Assembly: GCA_963832165.1 (NCBI GenBank)
Contig: CAWHTE010000002.1
Location: 96,001 to 160,000 of the forward strand
Reading direction: 5' to 3'
Source of the DNA: an uncultured delta proteobacterium
GTDB taxonomy: Bacteria; Myxococcota_A; UBA9160; SMWR01
Length of the DNA: 64,000 nt
Within the stretch, counting starts at the first letter, position 1, and the number at the start of each line of letters is the position of its first letter. Below are positions 24,901 through 31,521 of this stretch, piece by piece. Below the pieces are notes generated by a model, which made no database searches, was not told where the DNA came from, and saw only the letters and a list, made by a program, of their open reading frames with translations. The position numbers were made by a program, and so were the translations under genes.

Positions 24901-27900
24901 CGCGCGTGCGAACGCCGCCGCGCGCGTGCGCTCGGCGCCTTCGGGAAGCAGCTCCGCGTAGCGCTCGTACAGGCGCACGATCGCGTTGCCGAGCCGGTCC
25001 GCGCGGAAGCGCTCGGCGCGCAGCTGATGGCCGTCCGAGGAGACCATGTTCAGCGTGATCTCCTCGCTCGAGTAGCTCGCGACGTCGACCTCGCCACCGG
25101 CCACGCCACTCGCGGACACCGAAAGGCGCGTGAGCGCGAGCGAGTCGCCCAGCGACGCGAGTGGCTCGACGCGGTAGGACAGGTCGCGCGAGGCGAGCAA
25201 CGCACGGATCGCGGAGATCGTGTCGCGCTTGACGAAGGTGGTACCCGCGAGATGATCGACGACCTCCGTGTCGTCGGGGAAGAGCTCGGCGCACGCTGCG
25301 ATGTCTCGCGCGGCGACCGCGCTCTCGAGGCGGGCTTGCTGGACCGTAGCCGTGTTCGGCCGCACGCGGCGCGCGGGGCGCGCCGGCTCGGAGGTCAGCG
25401 CGTCGAAGCGCGCGAGCGCGTCCGACTCGCGGTCGGGATCGAACTGCTCGGCGCGCGAGACGAGGCCATTGGCATCGAAGATCCAGATCGACACGAACGG
25501 CCGCTCGAAGGAGCCACCGCTCGCGCGATCGGTGCCCGACGACGTGGCGCGGAACAGCAGCGCGTCGGCGCGCAGGTCGATCACGTCTTCCAGGCGGATC
25601 GCCGCCTGGTCGGCGGCGTCCGTGAGCGTGCGGATCCACTCGAGAGCGGCGGCGGACCCCTTGATGGATCCCATGCCGATCAAACTCCGGTGATCGACCC
25701 ACTCGATGTCCGGCGCGAGGATCGGCGCGCGGAAGCGGTCGAGATCGACCGGCCCGGCCAGCGCCGTGATCGCGCGCGCGATCGCGGCGGCGCGATCGAT
25801 CGCAGCGGCCGTCCTCTGTTGTTCCGCATGGCGCTCGTAGAGCCGAACGATCGCGTCGCCAAATCGATCGGGGGAGAACATCTCGATGCGGCGGTACCGC
25901 CCGGCGGCATCGGCCTCGAGCAGGAGAATTCGCGCGCCGTCGTAGGCGCCCACATCGAAGCCGCCCCCGGCCACCGACGGCCCAGACACGGAACAGCGAC
26001 AGAGCGCGAGAGAGTCGCCGAGCGTTGCGAGCGGCTCCTGCCTCACGAGTCCTTCGGCACGCAGCAGGATGCGCATCGTGGCGAGCGATTCCGCGCGGCC
26101 GTGGGTCACTCCCGTGGCGTGGTCGATGATTTCGACGTCGTCGGCCTGCAGCGCAGCGTAGGCGTCGACGTCGTGCGCGGCATAGGCCGCGTCGACGCGC
26201 GCGGCGACCGCGGTGGCCGCGTTCGGCCGCACGCGGCGCGAGGGGCGCGCCGGCGGCCCGGCCGTCAGCACGTCGAAGCGCGCGAGCGCGTCGGCCTCGC
26301 GGTCCGAGTCGAACACCTCGAAGCGCGAGACCCGGCCATCGGCCCCAAACACCGCGAGGGAAACGACATCGCGCTCGAACGCGCCGCCGCCGTCGCGCGC
26401 GATTCCCGAGAACGCCCCCCGGAATACGTACGCGTCGGGGCCCAGGTCGAGGATCTCGTCCGTGCGGATCTGCAGCTCGTCGCCGAGCCCGGTCCAGGAG
26501 CGGAAGTTCGCTTCCACAGCGACCGATCCACGCGCGGAGGAAGTGCCGAGGATGCGATGGTCCGTGAACACGATGTCCGGGGCGAGGCCGGCGGCATAGC
26601 GCTCGGGATCGTAGGGACCGAAGTGGGGGAAGCGCGCGATCACCGCCGCCCGCGCGCGCTCGAGGCCTTCGGGCAGCGATTCCGCATAGCGCTCGTAGAG
26701 ACGCGCGACGGCGTCGCCGAGCCGGTCGGCAGCAAAGCTCTCGAAGCGCGATGCTCGCTGCCCTTCCGCGCCGGCTTCGACCACGACGATCGCGGGCATC
26801 TCGTACGGGCCCACGCTCGCGTGCTGCCACCGGTTGCCGCTCGCGGCGATCGATTGGCGACACAGCGCGAGCGACTCGCCGAGCGTGGCGAGCGGCTCGA
26901 GCCGGTACGAGAAGTCGTCGCTGCGCCAGAGGCGGCGAGTGCTTTCGAGGGTGGCCATGCCGCTGTCCCAGGAGAGGCCGGTCGGATGGTGGACCACCTC
27001 GAAACCCTCGATCGCCGCCAGCATGGCGTCTTCGTCGCGAGCTCGGACCGCGGCTTCGATGCGCGCGGCGGCGGCGGTGGCGGCGTTCTCGCGGACGCGG
27101 CGGCGCGCGGGGGGTGCCGGGGTCGGTCCGCGCAAGGCGGGATCCGCCTTCGGCTCCTCCCGCCCTACGTGGCCGTGAACACCGGCGTCCACCGCAACGT
27201 CATGAGTAGGGCGGGAGACCGGAGCGATCCCGCCATCCCGCGCGCCCTCGCGCGCGCGCTCGACGAGCAGCGTCGCGCCCTTCGTCTCCCAGAGCGAGGT
27301 CGCGCGTGCCTCCTCCGCCGCGGCTTCGCTGCGCCGGCCCGCCGCGCGCAGCGCCGCCGCGAGCGCGGTGCGCGCTTCGGCGTGCCAAAGCAGCGCGTCG
27401 GTTGCCGCCGCGGTCTCGACGGCCGCGCGCGCGAGCTCGACCGCCCTCTCCGGCTCGCCGCGGCGCGCGAGCGCCTCGGCGCGCACATCGCGCCAGGCGA
27501 TCGCGGAGTGCAGATCGTCGCCCGCGAGCGCCTCGCTCTCGTGAGAGATCGCCTCGGCTTCGGCGGCGCGATCCTGCGCGAGCAACGCGCGGCCAAGCTG
27601 AGCGGCGCATTGCGCCGCGTCGCTGCCGAGCCCGAGCTCGCGCATGCCGTCGTACGCGGCGCGCAGACAGCGTTCGGCCGCGACGGGGTCGCCTTCGATC
27701 AGCTCGATCTCGCCCGCGAACTGATCCGCCTGGAGCAGGCGGTGGGTGATCCCGAGCTCCTCGACCATGCGTCGCGACGAGGCGATCATGCGGCGCGCGG
27801 CCTCGCTGCGACCGCGCAGCGCCTCGAGCACGCCCTGACACCGCAGTGCGACGGCTTCCACGGCCGGTGAGCCCTGCGTGATGCGCAGAACGCGCACGAC

Positions 27901-30465
27901 GTCGAGGCAGCGACCGCTCGCACGTGTCACAGGCGAGGGACCCCAGAGCGCCGCGAGCGGTGCACCCGAGAGCACCGCATTCGCGCGGCGGCGATCGCCC
28001 GCGCGGCGCGCCGCCGCGAGCGCGCGGTCGAGCGCGGCTTCACACGCGCCGACCTTTCCGAGCCGCGCGAGCGCGATCGCGTGCACGAAGTGCGCCTTTG
28101 CCTCGCCGGCAGAATCGCCCGCGGCCGTGAGCTGCTCGGCTGCGGCGGACACCGCGTCGGCGCTCGTGCGCAGCGTCTTCGGATCGGTGAGCGCGGCGCG
28201 CTCACCAGCGAAGCACGTGTGCCACGCGCGCAGCCGATCCGACTCCGCGGTGAAGCGGCCCAGCTCCTCGATCGCACGCTCCGCCGTGGCGACCTCGCCC
28301 GCGGCGAGCAGCGCCTCGCACCAGTCGAGCGCGAGCTCGGCACGCGCGGAATCGTCCGGCTCGAGGCGTTCGAGCGCGCGGCCGAGCAGGCTCGCCGCCA
28401 CGGGCACGTCGTCGCGCGCGAGCGCGCGGCGCCCCGCGGACGCGAGGTATTTCGACGCGCGCTCGCCGAGCGCGCGGCCCTGCGCATCGATCGGCCCGAG
28501 CTCGGAGAGGTGCTGGTGCGCCTGCTCGAGATGCCAGCCGATCGTCTCGTCGTGCGGCGGCTCGTCGCCGACGCGGCCGACGACCCATTCGGCGAAGCGA
28601 GCGTGCAGCTCCGCGCGCGTGTTCTTGAGCAGGCGGCGGTAGGCGGCGTCGCGGATCAGCACATGGTGGAAGCGCAGCGCGGGTTCGCCGAGGAACCATC
28701 CCGTGTCCGATTCGATCAGCTCGGTGCGGCGCAGGGCTTCGAGCTGGCGGTCGAGATCGGCGATCTCGCGCGGGAGCAGCTCCTTCACCGCCGCGCGCGA
28801 GAACTGGCGCCCGACGACCGACGCGCGCTCGAGCACGGTGCGCTCCTCGGGCCGCAGCTTCTCGATGCGCGCCGCGAGCAACGCCTGGATCGTCGGCGGC
28901 ATGTCCAGCGCGGCGAGCTCCACGCCGACCGTCCAGTGGTCTTTCTCGCGCACGAGTGCGCCGTCGTGCACGAGCATGCGCACGAGCTCACCCACGAAGA
29001 GCGGGTTGCCCTCGCTCGCCGCGAGCACGCGGCCCGCGACGGCCGCGGGCAGTTCATCTGCGCCGATCGCGTTCGCGGCGAGCTTCATCGCGGCGAGCGC
29101 GTCGAGCCCGGAGAGCGTCACGACCTCGGAGACCAGGCCGCCCGGAGTCGCGAGCGAGGAGCGCGTTTCGCGCAGCTCGGGCCGCGCCGCGACGAGCACG
29201 AGCAGCGGCGCGTCCGCCGTCCACTGCACGAGGTGCTCGGTTAGATCGAAGAGCAGCGGCTCGGCCCACTGCAGGTCGTCGATCGCGAGCACGATCGGTC
29301 GCGTCTCCGCGAGCGCGCCGAGGAACCGGCGCACGACGAAGAAGGTCTCCTCGGGCGGGGCGGGCGTGCCCGCGATCAGCGCGGCGACGCCGCTCGCGAT
29401 CCGGCGGTGCTCGGAGTCCTCTCCGGGCATCGCCGCCGCGATCGCGCTGCGCAGCGCATCGCCCGCGATCGCGTCATCGAGCTGCAGCAGCTCGCGCAGC
29501 GCTGCGGCGAGGGGTGCGAACGTGCCGCCGCCGGCCTGATCGCAGCGCGCGGTCAGCACGGTGGCCTCGTCCTGGAGTCGCCTCGCCACCTCGGCCAGCA
29601 CGCGCGACTTGCCGAGCCCGGGCGAGCCCAGGATCACCGCGAGCCGCGCGCGATGCTCCGAGATCGCATCGTCGTACACCGCGCGCAGTCGCCGCAGCTC
29701 GCTCTCGCGGCCGACGAACGGCGTGGCCGACGCGCCCGCGGGCCGGTCGAGCGACACGACGCGGTAGGCGGCGACCGCCTCCCTGCGGCCCTTCAGCTCG
29801 AGTGCGCCGATCGGTGCGAGCGTGACGAGCTCGGACACGAGCCGGCGGGTCGACTCGCCGATCAGGACGTCGCCGTCCTGCGCCGCGTGCTGGAGGTGTG
29901 CCGCGACGTTGAGCGGGTCGCCGATCCCGGCCGCGTAGTCGTCGGAGACGACCACCTCACCCGTGTTCACGGCCACGCGCAGGCCGACGCGATCGGCGAG
30001 TTGATTCTCCGCGCGGAACTCGCGGAACGCCTCCTGCACCGCGACCCCCGCGCGCACGGCGCGGATAGCGTCGTCCTCGGCCACGTTCGGGATGCCGAAC
30101 GCGCACATCACTCCGTCGCCGAGCAATTGCACGACGGTGCCGCCGTGCGCCTCGATCGGCGCGCGCACGGCGCGGTGGTAGCGGTCCATCATGCGACTGA
30201 CGGCCTCGGCGTCGAGCCGCTCCTGCAACGCGGTCGAGCCGATCAGGTCCGCGAACACGATCGTGACGACTTTGCGCGCGGGGGGCTGCCCGGCACCGGC
30301 ATCCACTGGACGCGCGTCGAGCGTGGCGCCGCACGCCTCGCAGAATCGCGCATCCAGCGGGGCCTCAGCGCCGCATGCCGGGCAGCGTGGCGCGAGTGCG
30401 TTTCCGCAGCCCGCGCAGAATCGAGCAGCCGGGCGGTTCGCCCGGCCGCAGCTCGCGCAATCCAT
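18922..30465 (-). CDS. Giant double-zinc-ribbon / class III nucleotide cyclase / STAND ATPase / TPR-like / SnoaL(NTF2)-like repeat protein, paralog B (3847 aa)
   Basis: Same N-terminal ~1090 aa architecture as paralog A (FADLIGST, GSPGLGKSR, IDDLQWA, GNPLF), then 9.5 repeat units; GGAGGG SD upstream. Confidence 0.9.
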   Translation of the reverse strand: MDCASCGRANRPAARFCAGCGNALAPRCPACGAEAPLDARFCEACGATLDARPVDAGAGQPPARKVVTIVFADLIGSTALQERLDAEAVSRMMDRYHRAVRAPIEAHGGTVVQLLGDGVMCAFGIPNVAEDDAIRAVRAGVAVQEAFREFRAENQLADRVGLRVAVNTGEVVVSDDYAAGIGDPLNVAAHLQHAAQDGDVLIGESTRRLVSELVTLAPIGALELKGRREAVAAYRVVSLDRPAGASATPFVGRESELRRLRAVYDDAISEHRARLAVILGSPGLGKSRVLAEVARRLQDEATVLTARCDQAGGGTFAPLAAALRELLQLDDAIAGDALRSAIAAAMPGEDSEHRRIASGVAALIAGTPAPPEETFFVVRRFLGALAETRPIVLAIDDLQWAEPLLFDLTEHLVQWTADAPLLVLVAARPELRETRSSLATPGGLVSEVVTLSGLDALAAMKLAANAIGADELPAAVAGRVLAASEGNPLFVGELVRMLVHDGALVREKDHWTVGVELAALDMPPTIQALLAARIEKLRPEERTVLERASVVGRQFSRAAVKELLPREIADLDRQLEALRRTELIESDTGWFLGEPALRFHHVLIRDAAYRRLLKNTRAELHARFAEWVVGRVGDEPPHDETIGWHLEQAHQHLSELGPIDAQGRALGERASKYLASAGRRALARDDVPVAASLLGRALERLEPDDSARAELALDWCEALLAAGEVATAERAIEELGRFTAESDRLRAWHTCFAGERAALTDPKTLRTSADAVSAAAEQLTAAGDSAGEAKAHFVHAIALARLGKVGACEAALDRALAAARRAGDRRRANAVLSGAPLAALWGPSPVTRASGRCLDVVRVLRITQGSPAVEAVALRCQGVLEALRGRSEAARRMIASSRRMVEELGITHRLLQADQFAGEIELIEGDPVAAERCLRAAYDGMRELGLGSDAAQCAAQLGRALLAQDRAAEAEAISHESEALAGDDLHSAIAWRDVRAEALARRGEPERAVELARAAVETAAATDALLWHAEARTALAAALRAAGRRSEAAAEEARATSLWETKGATLLVERAREGARDGGIAPVSRPTHDVAVDAGVHGHVGREEPKADPALRGPTPAPPARRRVRENAATAAAARIEAAVRARDEDAMLAAIEGFEVVHHPTGLSWDSGMATLESTRRLWRSDDFSYRLEPLATLGESLALCRQSIAASGNRWQHASVGPYEMPAIVVVEAGAEGQRASRFESFAADRLGDAVARLYERYAESLPEGLERARAAVIARFPHFGPYDPERYAAGLAPDIVFTDHRILGTSSARGSVAVEANFRSWTGLGDELQIRTDEILDLGPDAYVFRGAFSGIARDGGGAFERDVVSLAVFGADGRVSRFEVFDSDREADALARFDVLTAGPPARPSRRVRPNAATAVAARVDAAYAAHDVDAYAALQADDVEIIDHATGVTHGRAESLATMRILLRAEGLVRQEPLATLGDSLALCRCSVSGPSVAGGGFDVGAYDGARILLLEADAAGRYRRIEMFSPDRFGDAIVRLYERHAEQQRTAAAIDRAAAIARAITALAGPVDLDRFRAPILAPDIEWVDHRSLIGMGSIKGSAAALEWIRTLTDAADQAAIRLEDVIDLRADALLFRATSSGTDRASGGSFERPFVSIWIFDANGLVSRAEQFDPDRESDALARFDALTSEPARPARRVRPNTATVQQARLESAVAARDIAACAELFPDDTEVVDHLAGTTFVKRDTISAIRALLASRDLSYRVEPLASLGDSLALTRLSVSASGVAGGEVDVASYSSEEITLNMVSSDGHQLRAERFRADRLGNAIVRLYERYAELLPEGAERTRAAAFARAVANNVGRVDTERYAASLAPDIESFDHRTVGAGQGRGPELFLNAVRSLLELAPDAANRFDDILALRPDACLVRQTNFGTLRASGGAYERPYLSLSVAGPDGRLARFEMFEPDQIDAALAAFDASTSPSARPARRVRPNGATTHLARVERAVAARDEEEIAALYSDDTEVLDHEVGITYGRREILASLHAVLAGRDLSYRVEPLATLGDSLALARIATSASGVKSSQIDVGDFANEMFTLSESNAEGLQRYAERFAPDRLGAAVTRLYERYAEILPEGPERARAASTARSVGAVVVGGYDLERYTAAYSPAIEMVDRRKLGSFFARGPEAVLEMFRSWFAVADDIENHIDEILGLGPSALLVRTMFAGTARDGGGRFESPSISLMVFGSDGLQTRLELFELTQEQEALARFDELTAAPRRRARRVRPNAATANGARYDAAMAARDLSAAEQVFTDDTLHIHHPTGITYDRQGALTSFQIHMKARDPKTAHEPVATLGGSLALLHVSASASALESGGFDVGAYENHHLVLIEADREGRRSRAESFSEDRLGDAIARLYARYAELEPPGPGRARCLAIARAITVITGPMDLARSAALFAPDVEWVDHRSLVGIGSIRGAAAFLDWARKLAEIADGVVFRMDDVIDVRSNALLCRSTSRGTLRASGSTFERRFIFIWIFDAAGLVSRVEQFDAEHADDALARFDALVAEPTPPRRSVRPNTASAYAARLDTAIAARDLQGLDETLADPCEFVDRSTGTEFGRQGMLDSWRSLLRARDPVHRTEPIATLGDSLALCRTSAAASGFTGETVDVGPYELENITIFDVDAAGRLTHCEIFASDRLGDALVRLYERHVELLPEGPERTRAAATARTLAVWHGPADAERFATIFARDVIFRDRRSVVSLGTTRGADAVHRGIGIWFDTVADLTFDVVDVVAVRPERLLIEWHESGTDRASGGAYEAQYLSLRVFGAHGLATFVEWLDVDRRDEALARFEELTEAPTPSRPLPANAATAHTARVDEAIALRNTDALVELVAERAVILDHKTGTTFDREGWIASFRSLMKAREPQSLHEPLAILGDSLGLFRRTISATGFAGATLDVGSYLIDELDVLEADEQGRIAYAEVFAVDRLSDAIAKLYERYASEQPEGAERRRATAIARAIPVMLAPLDPDAIANLLALDVQYRDHRLLGWGSARGLVTVRRGVRDVAESITFTATPTDEILALRPDALLVHRTLEGEQRGVPFRSHPVALYVFDANGRLAQWENYDADERDAALARLDELVAPVAPPRLVENAATRSLDQFVQAWAARDWEAVRAVYAPEMRMSDRRSIVQLEFDLEEQLEFQRPLFEMKSSRVVAEIIATRGDRLALARMCTEVADGSIGPSEISSLAVWQVNPAGKAVAGARFDLDARDEAYAELDARYGAGEATEHPATWTALASLRGVLEAGEWGRIMALFSPDLFAEDHRLFGWGSANSPAEYVAAVRSLSDVAPDVTLRVDHVVLGDRAALFVASWIGSQAAGAFEIPVVTVFGFSRNGQVNRAHHYSLEQIAAARARFAEVEAPAVPARAVESAATRSIERFALAWSARDWKAVTALYAPGFRYIDQRSLMQLDIGLEHWFEFARPLFDMATSRISSEILATRGERLALSRMLVEVAGGSIGSASIGPSEIDSLIVCEVDAHGQRVANVRFDPNALDAAYAELDRRYAVGEAAEHPEMWAAISSMQSAISERNWGALPSRFSPDYIREDHRDEGSGTTHGSKLIVDSVRTLIKLRPDVSTRADHVELADRAALVVTHWVADELEDPFEVHSTNVFALGPDGTIGHDDIYDPEQLSAARARFAELATPRSPTAELDARYATGEAAAFPHIAGTMHAFLDAFALRDWDALAARMAPDLVVEDHRLLGWETVRSTADYVRTLHSLVDLAPDTQLRLDHAEMSQRGLIWIGAWVGTRDGGAFETPWITVSEHDARGIVLRFDQYDLEQLPAARARFEELRAKRE
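27136..27234. repeat. Inverted REP doublet inside the coding sequence of paralog B
   Basis: Exact type 1 REP on minus (27136-27168), 37-nt spacer, variant GTAGGGCGGGAGACCGGAGCGATCCCGCC on plus (27206-27234); the ORF stays open. Confidence 0.85.
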
Positions 30466-30491
30466 CCGGGAGGCCCTCCGGTGGCGGAGCC

Positions 30492-30534
30492 ATTCTAATA
30501 GGTCTGGTCACCCCGGGGTGTGAACGGGTTCACA
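30492..30534 (-). promoter_or_regulatory. Promoter of paralog B: -10 TAGAAT plus CRP-family-type site 4
   Basis: Minus-strand TAGAAT at 30497-30492; TGTGA-ACGGGT-TCACA at 30519-30534. Confidence 0.8.
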
Positions 30535-30624
30535 GGGCTGAAACAATGTTCGAATGGGTTTTACGACCGTTGTTGGGGCCCAAAACCCGCGGGGGGTGGC
30601 ACGTCGCTTGCTGCGTTGATCTGC

Positions 30625-31512
30625 ATGAGGGAGATCTTCCAGTGCGCGTGGCGGGACTGGAACGAGGACAACGCCTCGCGACTCGCGGCCGCGCTCGCCT
30701 ACTACACGGCGATCTCGCTCGCGCCGATGGTCGTGTTGGGCGTTCTGCTGCTCAAATACCTGGGCATCGACGGGCAGGTACTGATCGAGCAGCAGATGGC
30801 GATGCTGATGGGCGACGCCGGGCGCGAGATGGCGCGAGAGATGATCGAGAGCGCGCACGAGAGCGATGGCCGGCTCGCGGCCATCGTCAGCACGGCTCTC
30901 CTCGTCTGGGGAGCGTCGAACGTCTTCGCGCAGCTCCAAGACTCGATGAACACGATCTGGGAGGTGCAGCTGCGGCCGGATCTCGGCTGGGGTGAGACGA
31001 TCCGGCGGCGGTTCTTCTCCATGGCAATGGTATTCGGAATCGGCTTCCTGCTGCTGACCTCGATGTTCCTCTCCACGGTCGTCGCCGCGCTCGCGCACGA
31101 TATCGCCGGCGACGCTGCCGTCGTGACCACGCTGCTCGACGCCGTGCTCACCTTCACGGCCACGACCGTGTTCTTCGCCGCGATCTTCAAGGTGCTACCC
31201 GACGTGAAGGTCGGGTGGCGCAACGTGCTCCCGGGCGCGGCGCTGGCGGCGCTCTTGTTCACGTTCGGCAAGAGCCTGCTCGCCTGGTACCTCGCGGCGG
31301 GCTCGACGGCGTCGGCGTTCGGAGCGGCCGGATCGCTCGCTGCGGTGCTCGTCTGGGTCTATTACTCGGCGCAGATCATGTTCTTCGGCGCGGAGTTCAC
31401 GCAAGCGCACGCGGAAGTGCACGGGGCGCGGATCGAGCCCGACGCGGACACGGTTCCGGTGACTCGGGAAGCGCGCGCGCAGCAGGGGTTCGATCGCGGT
31501 GGCACCGCGTAG
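30625..31512 (+). CDS. YihY/BrkB-family inner membrane protein
   Basis: SRLAAALAYY..SLAP, LQDSMNTIW, FKVLPD, GAAGSL..VLVWVYYSAQIMFFGAEFT; several TM helices. Confidence 0.9.
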   Translation: MREIFQCAWRDWNEDNASRLAAALAYYTAISLAPMVVLGVLLLKYLGIDGQVLIEQQMAMLMGDAGREMAREMIESAHESDGRLAAIVSTALLVWGASNVFAQLQDSMNTIWEVQLRPDLGWGETIRRRFFSMAMVFGIGFLLLTSMFLSTVVAALAHDIAGDAAVVTTLLDAVLTFTATTVFFAAIFKVLPDVKVGWRNVLPGAALAALLFTFGKSLLAWYLAAGSTASAFGAAGSLAAVLVWVYYSAQIMFFGAEFTQAHAEVHGARIEPDADTVPVTREARAQQGFDRGGTA

Positions 31513-31521
31513 ACGCTCGCA

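Noticed and set aside
11000..27870. Long plus-strand ORFs (e.g. 11000-15955, 24340-27870) opposite the giant genes
   Set aside because: Antisense shadows of high-GC coding sequence, Arg/Ala-rich with no motifs.
5423..30465. NRPS/PKS, surface adhesin or DGR target explanation for the giant ORFs
   Set aside because: No A/C/KS/ACP motifs, no signal peptide or secretion motif, no reverse transcriptase or adenine-specific template/variable repeat pair.
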